NCBI GenBank assembly: GCA_942492895.1
Contig: OW818652.1
Span: forward strand, 532,462 to 556,461
Source: Candidatus Electrothrix laxa
GTDB lineage: Bacteria; Desulfobacterota; Desulfobulbia; Desulfobulbales; Desulfobulbaceae
Reading direction: 5' to 3'
Length of the DNA stretch: 24,000 bases
A program made the translations under genes and the position numbers. This document shows, piece after piece, positions 14,650-22,684 of this stretch (its first letter is position 1; the number at the start of each line of letters is the position of its first letter). The notes beneath the pieces were generated by a model. It saw only the letters and a list, made by a program, of their open reading frames with translations. It did no database searches and was not told the origin of the DNA.

Positions 14650-16395
14650 ATGCCCCCCATTATTACCTTCATAGGCTGGCACGATTCTGGAAAAACCACC
14701 CTAGCTGCCCAGGTTGTCCGTTTGCTGAAAGAACGCGGCTATTCCGTGGCAGTGATTAAATCTACCAAAGAAATCGGGCTGCTGCCGAACCAAGAGGGAA
14801 CGGACACCGGTGCCTACAGCAAGGCTGGGGCTGATGCTGTCACCTTGGTTGCGCCAGACCAGCTGGTTATGACCGCTGCCCACCCGGAAAAGAATCTCCC
14901 TGCCTTGGCTCACCGCTTTTTTTCCGATGTCGACGTGGTCATTGGTGAGGGCTTTAAAAAGGCAGATAAGGTGGCCAAAATTGAGGTTTTCAGGGGGCAG
15001 GGGACTCGCCTGTGCGATCAGGTCAGCGGTGTCATTGCTCTGGCAACAGATCAGGAAATTTATTGTGATATTAATCAGAAGATATCCAGCCCTTTGGTTT
15101 TCCCCCTGAATCAACCGGAAAAAATAGCAGACTTTCTAGAAAAAAAATATATTCGAGTACACCCTGCGCACGATCGCAAGGTCCATTTGATCAAAACAAG
15201 ACAAGGTAAAACCATGAATAGTATGCAACCCTTCACCGTGACCCAGCCCACTCGTCTTCACTTTGGTGCAGGCACGGTTAAAGATCTCGGCAAGACCGTC
15301 AAGGATTTCAACGGCAGTAAGGTTCTGCTGGTGGTTGACCCCGGCTTGGTAAAGGCAGATCTGCTTGATCGCTTGACTGCTCCTTTGGAACAGGAGAGTA
15401 TACCCTTTATTGTGTACGATGAGATTGATCCAGAACCGGGTCTGAAACTGGCTGATAAAGGCTGTGCCATCGCCAAAGAGGCTGGCTGTGACTGTCTTGT
15501 CGGAGCAGGAGGCGGTTCAGCAATGGACGTGGCCAAGGCCATTGCCATCCTTTTGACCAACGGCGGTAAGGCGGTGGATTATCTTGGACTGGGCCTGATC
15601 AAAAAGCCGGGCGTACCCAAGATTATGATCCCCACCTCTGCTGGAACCGGTGCTGAGGTGACTTTTACTGCCGTGTTCATCAACGAGGAAACCGGTTCCA
15701 AGGGCGGAATGAACGGCGATCCCCTCTACCCGGATGCAGCCATCCTTGACCCGGAGCTGACCCTCAGCCTGCCTGCCAAGGTCACCGCCTATACCGGTAT
15801 TGATGCCCTGACCCATGCCTTGGAGGCCTACACCTCCACCCAAGCCCATCTCATCTCGGAGATGTATTCCTTGGAGGCCATTGATCTGATTGCCCGCAAC
15901 CTGCCTGCGGCCTGTGCCAATGGGGGCAATCTTGAAGCCCGGTCTGCCATGCTCATGGGTGCTCTGCTGGGCGGCAAGGCCCTGGCCACTGCCGGGGTTG
16001 GCCTGGTCCATGCTATGGCCTATCCTATGGGCGGGATGTTCGGGGTTCCGCACGGACTGGCTAATGCGGTTCTTCTACCCTATGTGGTACAGTATAATCT
16101 CCCAGGAAATTACGAGAAATTTGCTCTGCTCGCAGAAGTTCTCGGCCAAAACACTGAGGGACTTTCTCGACGCGATGCTGCCTCTCTCTGTGTCGAGGCT
16201 CTGTATGACCTGAATGCCGATGTCGGCATCCCGGCTACTTTGAAAGATTTGGATATTCCTTTTGATCAGATCCCCAAGATGGCCGAGATCGCCCTAACAG
16301 TGACCCGGCCGGTGGAAAATAATCCCCGTCAGCCTTCTCTTGCCGATGTTATTGCCGTGTATGAGCGGGCCTACCGGCATGAGATTATGTTGTAG
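14650..16395 (+). CDS. MobB-like P-loop domain (aa 1-188) fused in frame to an iron-containing alcohol dehydrogenase (aa 189-581)
   Basis: N-terminus: ITFIGWHDSGKTTLAAQVVRLLKERGYSVAVIK...DVVIGEGFKKADKVAKIEVFR (MobB pattern). C-terminus: Fe-ADH motifs GGGSAMDVAKA, and histidines in DALTHALE and HAMAYPMGGMFGVPHG. No stop codon separates the two parts. The internal ATG at 15214 lacks a convincing SD. Confidence 0.8.
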   Translation: MPPIITFIGWHDSGKTTLAAQVVRLLKERGYSVAVIKSTKEIGLLPNQEGTDTGAYSKAGADAVTLVAPDQLVMTAAHPEKNLPALAHRFFSDVDVVIGEGFKKADKVAKIEVFRGQGTRLCDQVSGVIALATDQEIYCDINQKISSPLVFPLNQPEKIADFLEKKYIRVHPAHDRKVHLIKTRQGKTMNSMQPFTVTQPTRLHFGAGTVKDLGKTVKDFNGSKVLLVVDPGLVKADLLDRLTAPLEQESIPFIVYDEIDPEPGLKLADKGCAIAKEAGCDCLVGAGGGSAMDVAKAIAILLTNGGKAVDYLGLGLIKKPGVPKIMIPTSAGTGAEVTFTAVFINEETGSKGGMNGDPLYPDAAILDPELTLSLPAKVTAYTGIDALTHALEAYTSTQAHLISEMYSLEAIDLIARNLPAACANGGNLEARSAMLMGALLGGKALATAGVGLVHAMAYPMGGMFGVPHGLANAVLLPYVVQYNLPGNYEKFALLAEVLGQNTEGLSRRDAASLCVEALYDLNADVGIPATLKDLDIPFDQIPKMAEIALTVTRPVENNPRQPSLADVIAVYERAYRHEIML

Positions 16396-16419
16396 ACCAT
16401 CTTGTTATTGCAGGATGCC

Positions 16420-16480
16420 GTAGAGGCAGACCTATGTGTCTGCCCGGTATGAAAGGGCGAGCACACAGGTTCGCCCCTAC
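16420..16480. repeat. GTAGGGGC double-hairpin palindromic repeat, copy b
   Basis: GTAGAGGCAGACCTATGTGTCTGCCC-GGTATGAAA-GGGCGAGCACACAGGTTCGCCCCTAC. It lies 25 nt after the ADH stop. Confidence 0.9.
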
Positions 16481-16538
16481 AAACATGAACCAACGGTTTT
16501 TCTCTACCACTCAAAAATGATCAGGTCTGGAGATCCTT

Positions 16539-17624
16539 ATGCTCTTAGAATTGACTGTTGCTGTCAGCTTAGCGATCTTGGTTTCAGCTATGTGTAGTGT
16601 ACTTGAGGCAGTGCTCTATTCCCTGCCCATGAGTCGCATTGAGATGATGGCTGAGAGTCGTCCTGCCACCACAGCTGTTCTGAAAGAATTGAAAGGCAAT
16701 ATTGATCAGCCCATTACTGCCATTCTCACGCTGAACACTATTGCTCACACTATGGGGGCTTCAGTGGCCGGAGCAGCTGCAGCCTCGGTGCTGGGAGAAA
16801 GTAATCTGATCTGGTTTTCCGTCTTTTTTACTCTGGCTATCCTCCTGCTCTCGGAGATTTTGCCCAAAACAGTGGGAGTGGAGTTCAGCAGTCCCTTAGC
16901 ACCCTATATAGCCCGTCCCCTCCAGGTGATGGTGTTCATTTTAAAACCGATCATCCTGATCTGTCAGGCCGTGACCAATCTTATTCCCAAGTCGTCTGGC
17001 TCGCAGGTCTCAGCAGAGGAGTTGAGCACCATTGCCCGGCTCAGCCGAAAATCCGGTGAAATAGAAAGGGATCAGGAAAAGGTGATCACCAATATTATTG
17101 ATCTTCGCAATAAAACGGTACGCCAGGTCATGACCCCGAGAACAGTGACTTTTACCCTGAGCAGAGAGATGACTGTGGCTCAGGCTGCTTTACTGACTGA
17201 ACAATGGCGTATTCACAGTCGAGTTCCGGTCTACGGCAGGGACAGCAATGACGTGGTTGGTGTTGTGCTCAGTTATGAGGTCATGCAGGCAGCAGCAGAG
17301 GGCAATATGGAGTGCAGGCTGGAGGAGATTATGCAGCCGGTCCATTTTGTTCCGGAAATTGCACCGCTCAATAAGGTGATGCTGGAGTTTTTTGAAGAGA
17401 GTCAGCATCTTTTTGTGGTTGTGGATGAATATGGTTCTGTGACCGGGGTGATCAGTCTGGAGGATATTCTGGAAGAGATTATAGGGAGGGAGATTGTTGA
17501 TGAGTCGGACAGAACCCAGAACATGCGGGCCTTAGCTCGGGCCGCCCGAAAGGATCCTGTCAACGATAAAACCTCGAAGGGGCAGGAGTCGATGAATTTG
17601 AACAGAGAAGAAGGCCGCAGATAG
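16539..17624 (+). CDS. CNNM/DUF21 transmembrane domain plus CBS-pair protein (hemolysin/CorB-like)
   Basis: The N-terminal 4-TM DUF21 pattern (VLEAVLYSLP...LSEILPKT) is followed by a CBS pair (VRQVMTPR...; GVISLEDILEEIIG). No CorC_HlyC C-terminal domain is present. Confidence 0.85.
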   Translation: MLLELTVAVSLAILVSAMCSVLEAVLYSLPMSRIEMMAESRPATTAVLKELKGNIDQPITAILTLNTIAHTMGASVAGAAAASVLGESNLIWFSVFFTLAILLLSEILPKTVGVEFSSPLAPYIARPLQVMVFILKPIILICQAVTNLIPKSSGSQVSAEELSTIARLSRKSGEIERDQEKVITNIIDLRNKTVRQVMTPRTVTFTLSREMTVAQAALLTEQWRIHSRVPVYGRDSNDVVGVVLSYEVMQAAAEGNMECRLEEIMQPVHFVPEIAPLNKVMLEFFEESQHLFVVVDEYGSVTGVISLEDILEEIIGREIVDESDRTQNMRALARAARKDPVNDKTSKGQESMNLNREEGRR

Positions 17625-17643
17625 AAACCGGAGAAAAAATATT

Positions 17644-18144
17644 ATGGGAAACCCTCTTCAGGACCAGCTCCTCAAGGCAGGGCTGGTCAGTAAAAAGCAG
17701 GCTAGTAAGGTAAAGCAGGAGCAGTACGTTCAAAGTAAGAAGAAAAAAGGCAAGTCTGTCAGAAAAAATGCCAGGAAACCGATCAGTCAGGCTGAAGTGG
17801 CACGGGCTGCCGAGGTGGTCCGTAATAAGGAGATCAGCCGCAAACAAGCTGAGGAAAGGCAGCAGCGCGAGAAGCAGGCCCAAATTAAACAACTTGTCAT
17901 GCAGAATCGCGTGAAACTGGACGAGAAGAACGGACAAGCCTATCATTTTGCCTTGGGAAAAAAGATTCACCGCATTTTTGTGGCTGAGGAGATGATTGAT
18001 CGTCTCTGTCAGGGGCAGTTAGGCATTGTTCAGCTTGCTGACAGCTTTGAGGTAGTGCCTGCCAAGGTGGTCCGGCAGGTCGCAGAGCGTGATAAAGGGG
18101 CTGTGATTTCCCTGCGGGAACCGAGCGAGGAAGAAGACTGGTGA
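17644..18144 (+). CDS. DUF2058 (YaiL-like) family protein
   Basis: The N-terminus MGNPLQDQLLKAGLVSKKQ and the Lys/Gln/Glu-rich central region are typical of DUF2058. SD (GGAGA) upstream. Confidence 0.75.
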   Translation: MGNPLQDQLLKAGLVSKKQASKVKQEQYVQSKKKKGKSVRKNARKPISQAEVARAAEVVRNKEISRKQAEERQQREKQAQIKQLVMQNRVKLDEKNGQAYHFALGKKIHRIFVAEEMIDRLCQGQLGIVQLADSFEVVPAKVVRQVAERDKGAVISLREPSEEEDW

Positions 18145-18175
18145 TAATCTGTTGATGTTATTTTGCAGCGTGATT

Positions 18176-18251
18176 GGAGGGGCGAATCCCTGTGTTCGCT
18201 CTGAATATCCGTGCAGGATATAAACGGGCAGGCACAGGGACCTGCCCCTAC
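18176..18251. repeat. GTAGGGGC-family repeat, copy c (degenerate, long spacer, opposite orientation to a and b)
   Basis: GGAGGGGCGAATCCCTGTGTTCGCTC, then a 24-nt spacer with its own ATATCC/GGATAT hairpin, then GGGCAGGCACAGGGACCTGCCCCTAC. The stem GGGCAGG/CCTGCCC is preserved. Confidence 0.75.
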
Positions 18252-18352
18252 AGCGTTCGATTCATCGGGTTATTTGACAACCCCGTCCCTTGGGGCGGGG
18301 TTTCTTTGTTTTGTGAGGGATTCAATAAAAAATATCGCTTATGTTGGGTGTC

Positions 18353-18426
18353 GTAGGGGTAAACCTGTGTGTTGACCCTTGCCGCCACTCGGACAACAAA
18401 GGGCAGACACATAGGTCTGCCCCTAC
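18353..18426. repeat. GTAGGGGC-family repeat, copy d
   Basis: GTAGGGGTAAACCTGTGTGTTGACCC, a 22-nt spacer, then GGGCAGACACATAGGTCTGCCCCTAC. Confidence 0.8.
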
Positions 18427-18533
18427 AATACTGCGTTTGAAAAGAGGATTTTGTTTTTTTGAAGAATTCCTCAGAAAAGATAACGTCCTTGTTTATAAGG
18501 GCTCATTGATATTACAGAGGAAAAATACAGATT

Positions 18534-19838
18534 ATGACCATTCGTATTGAAAGCTATGCAACAGATCAGGGCAAAAAAAGCATGGACGGGTTGCGGGATC
18601 GCTTTGCCCTTGCAGACAGCAAGTGCGCTCAGACAGTAACCGATATCTTGGAGCAGGTGCGCAATCGGGGCGATGAAGCTGTGTTGGAGTATACCCGCCG
18701 TTTTGATGCGCCGGAGTTGAGCTTGGAAGAATTCAAGGTCAGTGAGGAAGAATTTTCCCAGGCAGCCAAGGTGGTTGATGAAGACTTCATGACAACCCTT
18801 GCCTTTGCAGCAGAGCGGATTCGCCTTTTTCATGAGCGAGAAATGGAAGACTCCTGGATGATGACCCGCGATGACGGCACCATTACCGGACGTTTGGTTC
18901 GACCGGTGGATTCAGCAGGATTGTATGTGCCGGGAGGGCAGGGCGGCTCCACCCCCTTGGTCTCGTCGGTGTTGATGAACGCCATTCCCGCAGGCATTGC
19001 CGGGGTGCAGCAGCGAATTATGATGACCCCGCCGAATAAGGAAGGCAAGATTGCTCCGGCCCTGCTTATGGCAGCCAAGGAAGTGGGAGTCACCGAGGTC
19101 TATAAGGCCGGATCAGCTTGGGCCATCGCGGCCCTGGCCTTTGGCACCGAATCTGTACCAGCGGTTGATGTCATTGTCGGGCCGGGCAACCAGTTTGTCA
19201 CTGAGGCCAAACGCCAGGTCATGGGACGGGTTCGTATTGATATGATCGCCGGTCCCAGCGAGGTGCTCATCGTTGCCGATCATGCGGCAAACCCGGCCTA
19301 TATTGCTGCTGACATGCTAGCCCAAGCCGAGCATGACCCGATGGCTCTTGCCCTGTTACTCACCACAGAAACCAGCGTTGCCGAGGCGGTCAAGGTGGAG
19401 CTGGAAAAGCAGCTGCCTAACTTGAGTCGGGAGGATATTGCCAGAACCTCTTTACAGCAGCGGGGCCTGATTCTGATGGTGGACAGCGTGGAAAAGGGTA
19501 TTGCCCTAGCCAATGATATCGCCATTGAGCATCTGGAGCTTCAGGTGGAAGAGCCTTGGCAGTGGTTGCCCATGATCAAGCATGCTGGTGCGATTTTCCT
19601 TGGCCCCCATACCCCGGAGGCTGCTGGCGATTATGTGGCCGGTCCCAACCATGTTTTGCCGACAATGGGCACGGCCCGCATTTCCTCTGCCCTTGGGGTG
19701 GAGACCTTTCTCAAGAAGAGCTCTATTATCTCCTATTCCCGTCAGGCGTTGCTTAATGATGCTGAGCATATTCAGCGGTTGGCGAAGCTGGAAGGGTTGA
19801 GTGCTCATGCCAATTCTGTGGCTGTTCGGATAAAATAA
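18534..19838 (+). CDS. hisD: histidinol dehydrogenase
   Basis: 434 aa. The overall HisD pattern is present, including GPGNQFVTEAKRQV, IDMIAGPSEVLIVAD, AQAEHD and the C-terminal EGLSAHANSV. Confidence 0.96.
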   Translation: MTIRIESYATDQGKKSMDGLRDRFALADSKCAQTVTDILEQVRNRGDEAVLEYTRRFDAPELSLEEFKVSEEEFSQAAKVVDEDFMTTLAFAAERIRLFHEREMEDSWMMTRDDGTITGRLVRPVDSAGLYVPGGQGGSTPLVSSVLMNAIPAGIAGVQQRIMMTPPNKEGKIAPALLMAAKEVGVTEVYKAGSAWAIAALAFGTESVPAVDVIVGPGNQFVTEAKRQVMGRVRIDMIAGPSEVLIVADHAANPAYIAADMLAQAEHDPMALALLLTTETSVAEAVKVELEKQLPNLSREDIARTSLQQRGLILMVDSVEKGIALANDIAIEHLELQVEEPWQWLPMIKHAGAIFLGPHTPEAAGDYVAGPNHVLPTMGTARISSALGVETFLKKSSIISYSRQALLNDAEHIQRLAKLEGLSAHANSVAVRIK

Positions 19839-19855
19839 TAGACCGGTGTGGTTTG

Positions 19856-19945
19856 CCTGGGGTGTTCCCCAGGCTGGATAAATAGAGCCCTTTTAGGGCA
19901 GAAGGGCAAATCGGGAGAATAGAGTACACGGCGTGCCGTGTACGT
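19856..19945 (+). repeat. family-2 composite intergenic repeat, copy 1
   Basis: CCTGGGGTGTTCCCCAGG hairpin, then ATAGAGCCCTTTTAGGGCAGAAGGGCAAATCGGGAGAATAGAGTACACGGCGTGCCGTGTACG. About 90% identical to 21570-21633. Confidence 0.8.
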
Positions 19946-20025
19946 CTTTTTTCGGAGTGTTAGAAGTTCAATACCAAGCTCAACACAACTTGAGCTGCTT
20001 TGAAATTAAAACAGGGAGCTGTACG

Positions 20026-20586
20026 ATGAAAGCGCAGGCGGTACAAGAGGGAGTAAGTCTTCAGGAATATCTTACCGGAGAGCAGCAGACCGAGATCCGA
20101 CATGAATACATCAACGGCACCACCCATGCTATGGGCGGGGCAAGTGCGGCCCATAATCTGATTGCTGGCAATGTATTTGCTGTCCTTCATGCAGCGGCCC
20201 GCAACAGTTCGTGTCAGGTCTTTATGGCGGATATGAAGGTGTATCTCAAAATTGCGGGAGAAGATGTCTTTTACTACCCGGATCTGCTGGTCAGCTGTGA
20301 CCCGAAGGATAACGAAAAATATTACCGAACCCATCCCTGCCTGATCGTTGAGGTGCTTTCCCCGACAACCGAACGTATTGATCGACGGGAAAAATTCATG
20401 GCCTACACCTCGCTCCCCTCATTGCAGGAGTATGTCCTTATTGCCCAGGATCGGCAGGCGGTCATGGTCTTTCGGAGAAAAAAGAGCTGGAAGCCGGAGC
20501 TGTTCCGCAGCGGGGACCGGTTTTCTTCTGACTGTTTGGAATGTACGCTTCCGCTTGCTGAGGTTTATAACCGGGTGGAACTTTGA
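20026..20586 (+). CDS. Uma2 (DUF820) family PD-(D/E)xK endonuclease
   Basis: HEYINGTTHAMGGASAAHNLIAGNVF...YYPDLLVSC...PCLIVEVLSPTTERIDRREKFMAYTSLPSLQEYVLI matches the Uma2 pattern (D...E-V-x-S core). Start chosen at ATG 20026, which has a GGGAG SD. The ORF-track GTG start at 19933 lies inside the repeat. Confidence 0.85.
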   Translation: MKAQAVQEGVSLQEYLTGEQQTEIRHEYINGTTHAMGGASAAHNLIAGNVFAVLHAAARNSSCQVFMADMKVYLKIAGEDVFYYPDLLVSCDPKDNEKYYRTHPCLIVEVLSPTTERIDRREKFMAYTSLPSLQEYVLIAQDRQAVMVFRRKKSWKPELFRSGDRFSSDCLECTLPLAEVYNRVEL

Positions 20587-20649
20587 GGGGACATTTCTTT
20601 GCCTGTGTGGGTGCCAGGGGTGTTAGTCCACGGCTGATATTGCGATCTT

Positions 20650-20676
20650 TCAGGGCAGAACCCTGAGTTGTTTTTT
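20650..20676 (+). terminator. candidate terminator after the Uma2 gene
   Basis: TCAGGG-CAGAA-CCCTGA hairpin followed by GTTGTTTTTT. Confidence 0.45.
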
Positions 20677-20772
20677 AGGAAATCATCACATGTGCATGTT
20701 CGCCAGTCGCCTCGCTCTGTGGAGAAACGGAAGGTGCCAGCGGATCATAGGGGAAAAGGGACAATAAGGCGG

Positions 20773-21066
20773 CTATATCTTTTTCAGACGTTTGATCATC
20801 TGTTTGTAGACCTCTTGATCACGACGAATGCCGACCTTGACAACAAAAATTCTAATATCATCATTTTCTATTTTATAAACAACTCGATAACCGGATATTT
20901 TCAATTTCCACAGCCCTTTTAATTCATGACGCAGCGGAGCGCCGTACTCCTTTGGTGCTGTACTGAGTTTTTTGTAGATAGTTTTGAGGATAAGAGATTG
21001 GTCTTTCTTGCTTACTTTCTTGAAATCTTCATCAAGGACAAGGCGATGTATTTTTATCTGCCACAT
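20773..21066 (-). CDS. relE: RelE/ParE (StbE-like) family type II toxin
   Basis: 97 aa. LKGLWKLKISGYRVVYKIENDDIRIFVVKVGIRRDQEVY fits the RelE/StbE core. Paired with an upstream antitoxin gene. Confidence 0.85.
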   Translation of the reverse strand: MWQIKIHRLVLDEDFKKVSKKDQSLILKTIYKKLSTAPKEYGAPLRHELKGLWKLKISGYRVVYKIENDDIRIFVVKVGIRRDQEVYKQMIKRLKKI

Positions 21067-21082
21067 GTTGAGTGGGTTCCTT

Positions 21083-21352
21083 TCAGGCCAACAGGGATTC
21101 TATGTCCACGTAGTCGGATTTCTGGCTGTTTTCCAGGCGCTCCTTTGCTATAAAACCCAGCACTAAATCCTCGGCCAGATCCAACATGGCTGTTATGGAT
21201 TCGTACTCTTCATTGGACATTAAAACCGCCTGCGGTTTATGTCTCTTTTCTATGATAACAAGGCCTTTTCGGGCCTTTTCAAGAATTTTGTCGATCCCTG
21301 AACGCAGTTCGGATACACCAATGAGCGTTGTATTTTCTTTTACTGTAAGCAT
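21083..21352 (-). CDS. Phd/YefM-type antitoxin of the RelE-like toxin
   Basis: MLTVKENTTLIGVSELRSGIDKILEKARKGLVIIEKRHKPQAVLMSNEEYESI (Phd/YefM N-domain). Strong SD (GGGAGGAAAAATG) for the ATG at 21352. A 16-nt gap separates it from the toxin. Confidence 0.8.
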   Translation of the reverse strand: MLTVKENTTLIGVSELRSGIDKILEKARKGLVIIEKRHKPQAVLMSNEEYESITAMLDLAEDLVLGFIAKERLENSQKSDYVDIESLLA

Positions 21353-21569
21353 TTTTCCTCCCATTCCTCTCTAGCAAATAAACACCCATCCCTGCGGCCC
21401 GAGACAACGAGACATGAAGTAGGATGGGCGAAACTCTAAGTGGTTAGTCGGCGCTTTCATATAAGCTGTCCGTATAGACAGAGTAATTTATGTCGATTGT
21501 ATTGTCAATTTAATAGTCGTTTGAAACGACATTTAGACCTTTTTAAGGTCTGGCGGTGCAGCAGCTCTT

Positions 21570-21633
21570 ATAGAGCCCTTTCAGGGCAGAAGGGCAAATC
21601 GGGAGAAGTAGGGTACACGGCGTGCCGTGTCCG
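21570..21633 (+). repeat. family-2 intergenic repeat, copy 2
   Basis: ATAGAGCCCTTTCAGGGCAGAAGGGCAAATCGGGAGAAGTAGGGTACACGGCGTGCCGTGTCCG. It abuts the yoeB stop codon. Confidence 0.8.
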
Positions 21634-21634
21634 T

Positions 21635-21907
21635 TTATCTGATGTTATCGTAATGTCCACCAATGGCGAAAATAGAGATGCTCTGCTCATCAAAGGTGTA
21701 AATCAGGCGATCTTTATGAGAGATCCTTCGTGACCACAGGCCGGTTAGGTTGTGTTTCAGCGGCTCCGGTTTTCCAAGGCCCTGAGCAGGATCGTTTCGT
21801 TGCATTTCCTGAAGAATACGACAGAGATTCTTATGCACCCTCTTGTCCTTGCTCCGCAGTTGTTCGTACTCGGCCCAAGTCTTGCCTTCAAATATTATTG
21901 ATCTCAT
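21635..21907 (-). CDS. yoeB: YoeB/Txe family type II toxin (mRNA interferase)
   Basis: MRSIIFEGKTWAEYEQLRSKDKRVHKNLCRILQEMQRNDPAQGLGKPEPLKHNLTGLWSRRISHKDRLIY. This contains the GKPEPLKHNL.G.WSRRI signature. Start taken at M13 of the ORF. Confidence 0.9.
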   Translation of the reverse strand: MRSIIFEGKTWAEYEQLRSKDKRVHKNLCRILQEMQRNDPAQGLGKPEPLKHNLTGLWSRRISHKDRLIYTFDEQSISIFAIGGHYDNIR

Positions 21908-22160
21908 CAAGCTGCTCCTTGGTCGGAGAATAGCCCTTTCCACTTCGATGGGTTACCAGAGATTGTTTGATCTGTTGCATGAGTGAGGTGTTTTGGAGAA
22001 CGTACAGGGTTTCCTGAATCTGTTCCCAATCTTCCGCCCCGATAATCACAAAGTCTTTGCCGCGTTTACGGGTTACCCGCAGGGGCTCGTGATTAGTGAT
22101 ACTTTGGTCTGCGCAACTTTTTAAAGAGGCTCGGAATTTATTTGCTGTAATTTCACGCAT
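21888..22160 (-). CDS. yefM: YefM family antitoxin
   Basis: MREITANKFRASLKSCADQSITNHEPLRVTRKRGKDFVIIGAEDWEQIQETLYVLQN (YefM/Phd fold pattern). Overlaps yoeB by 20 nt. Confidence 0.88.
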   Translation of the reverse strand: MREITANKFRASLKSCADQSITNHEPLRVTRKRGKDFVIIGAEDWEQIQETLYVLQNTSLMQQIKQSLVTHRSGKGYSPTKEQLDEINNI

Positions 22161-22512
22161 GGTTACTCACCGATTGGTTAATAATCTAGTAATTGAATTA
22201 ATTGTTTTACATGAAAAAACAAAACCTTGAAATCTTAGTAAGTGAAATCAACATATTGGATGATTGCTTGTGAAAATAGGCTGTTGAGAAGTTTCCTGTT
22301 TAGGAATACTTATTATCTGGCCCAATATAGCGCTTAAAGGACATCTCTGCAAATACGGTCAAAATACCGGCATCTCTTATAACGTTATGATTTGTTTATG
22401 TTTAGTCAATTAATTATATACACTTTTTATTGACCAATCGATGAGTGGTTATGTACCATAATTGACAGTTAGGGATTCAAAAAGAAATATTCTACCCATT
22501 ATGTCGAGTACT

Positions 22513-22573
22513 GTAGGGGCGAACCTATGTGTTCGCCCTTTTATGCCGGGCAGACACGCAGGTCTGCCCCTAC
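22513..22573. repeat. GTAGGGGC double-hairpin palindromic repeat, copy e
   Basis: GTAGGGGCGAACCTATGTGTTCGCCC-TTTTATGCC-GGGCAGACACGCAGGTCTGCCCCTAC. This is the reverse-complement orientation of copies a and b. Confidence 0.9.
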
Positions 22574-22626
22574 AATTCAGCACCTAAAAGCGGGGAGTTT
22601 ATTTTTTGTTGGTTTCCTTAATATTG

Positions 22627-22658
22627 TTTACATGTACTGTGTTACCGTACCATATAAT
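22627..22658 (+). promoter_or_regulatory. possible promoter of the FGE-like gene
   Basis: Perfect -10 TATAAT at 22653-22658. The best -35-like hexamer, TTTACA (22627-22632), has a non-optimal 20-nt spacer. Confidence 0.25.
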
Positions 22659-22684
22659 GAACCGTGGAGCAAGGGCGGAAAACT

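Noticed and set aside
15517-16053. 178-aa minus-strand ORF (also 15258-15560 and 14701-15114)
   Set aside because: These are antisense to the well-supported MobB-like/Fe-ADH reading frame. Their Gly/Arg/Pro-rich composition is typical of shadow frames in GC-rich coding DNA.
18174-18550. Two ORFs of 60 and 69 aa between the DUF2058 gene and hisD (and the 96-aa ORF at 11855-12145)
   Set aside because: Their sequences are translations of the palindromic repeats (…GTGTCPYS…, …GQTHRSAPT…), so they are artefacts of repeat structure.
11839-22573. GTAGGGGC repeats as a possible CRISPR array
   Set aside because: The copies are kilobases apart and occur in both orientations. Each is a composite palindrome rather than a short direct repeat separated by unique spacers of similar size, and no cas genes are present.
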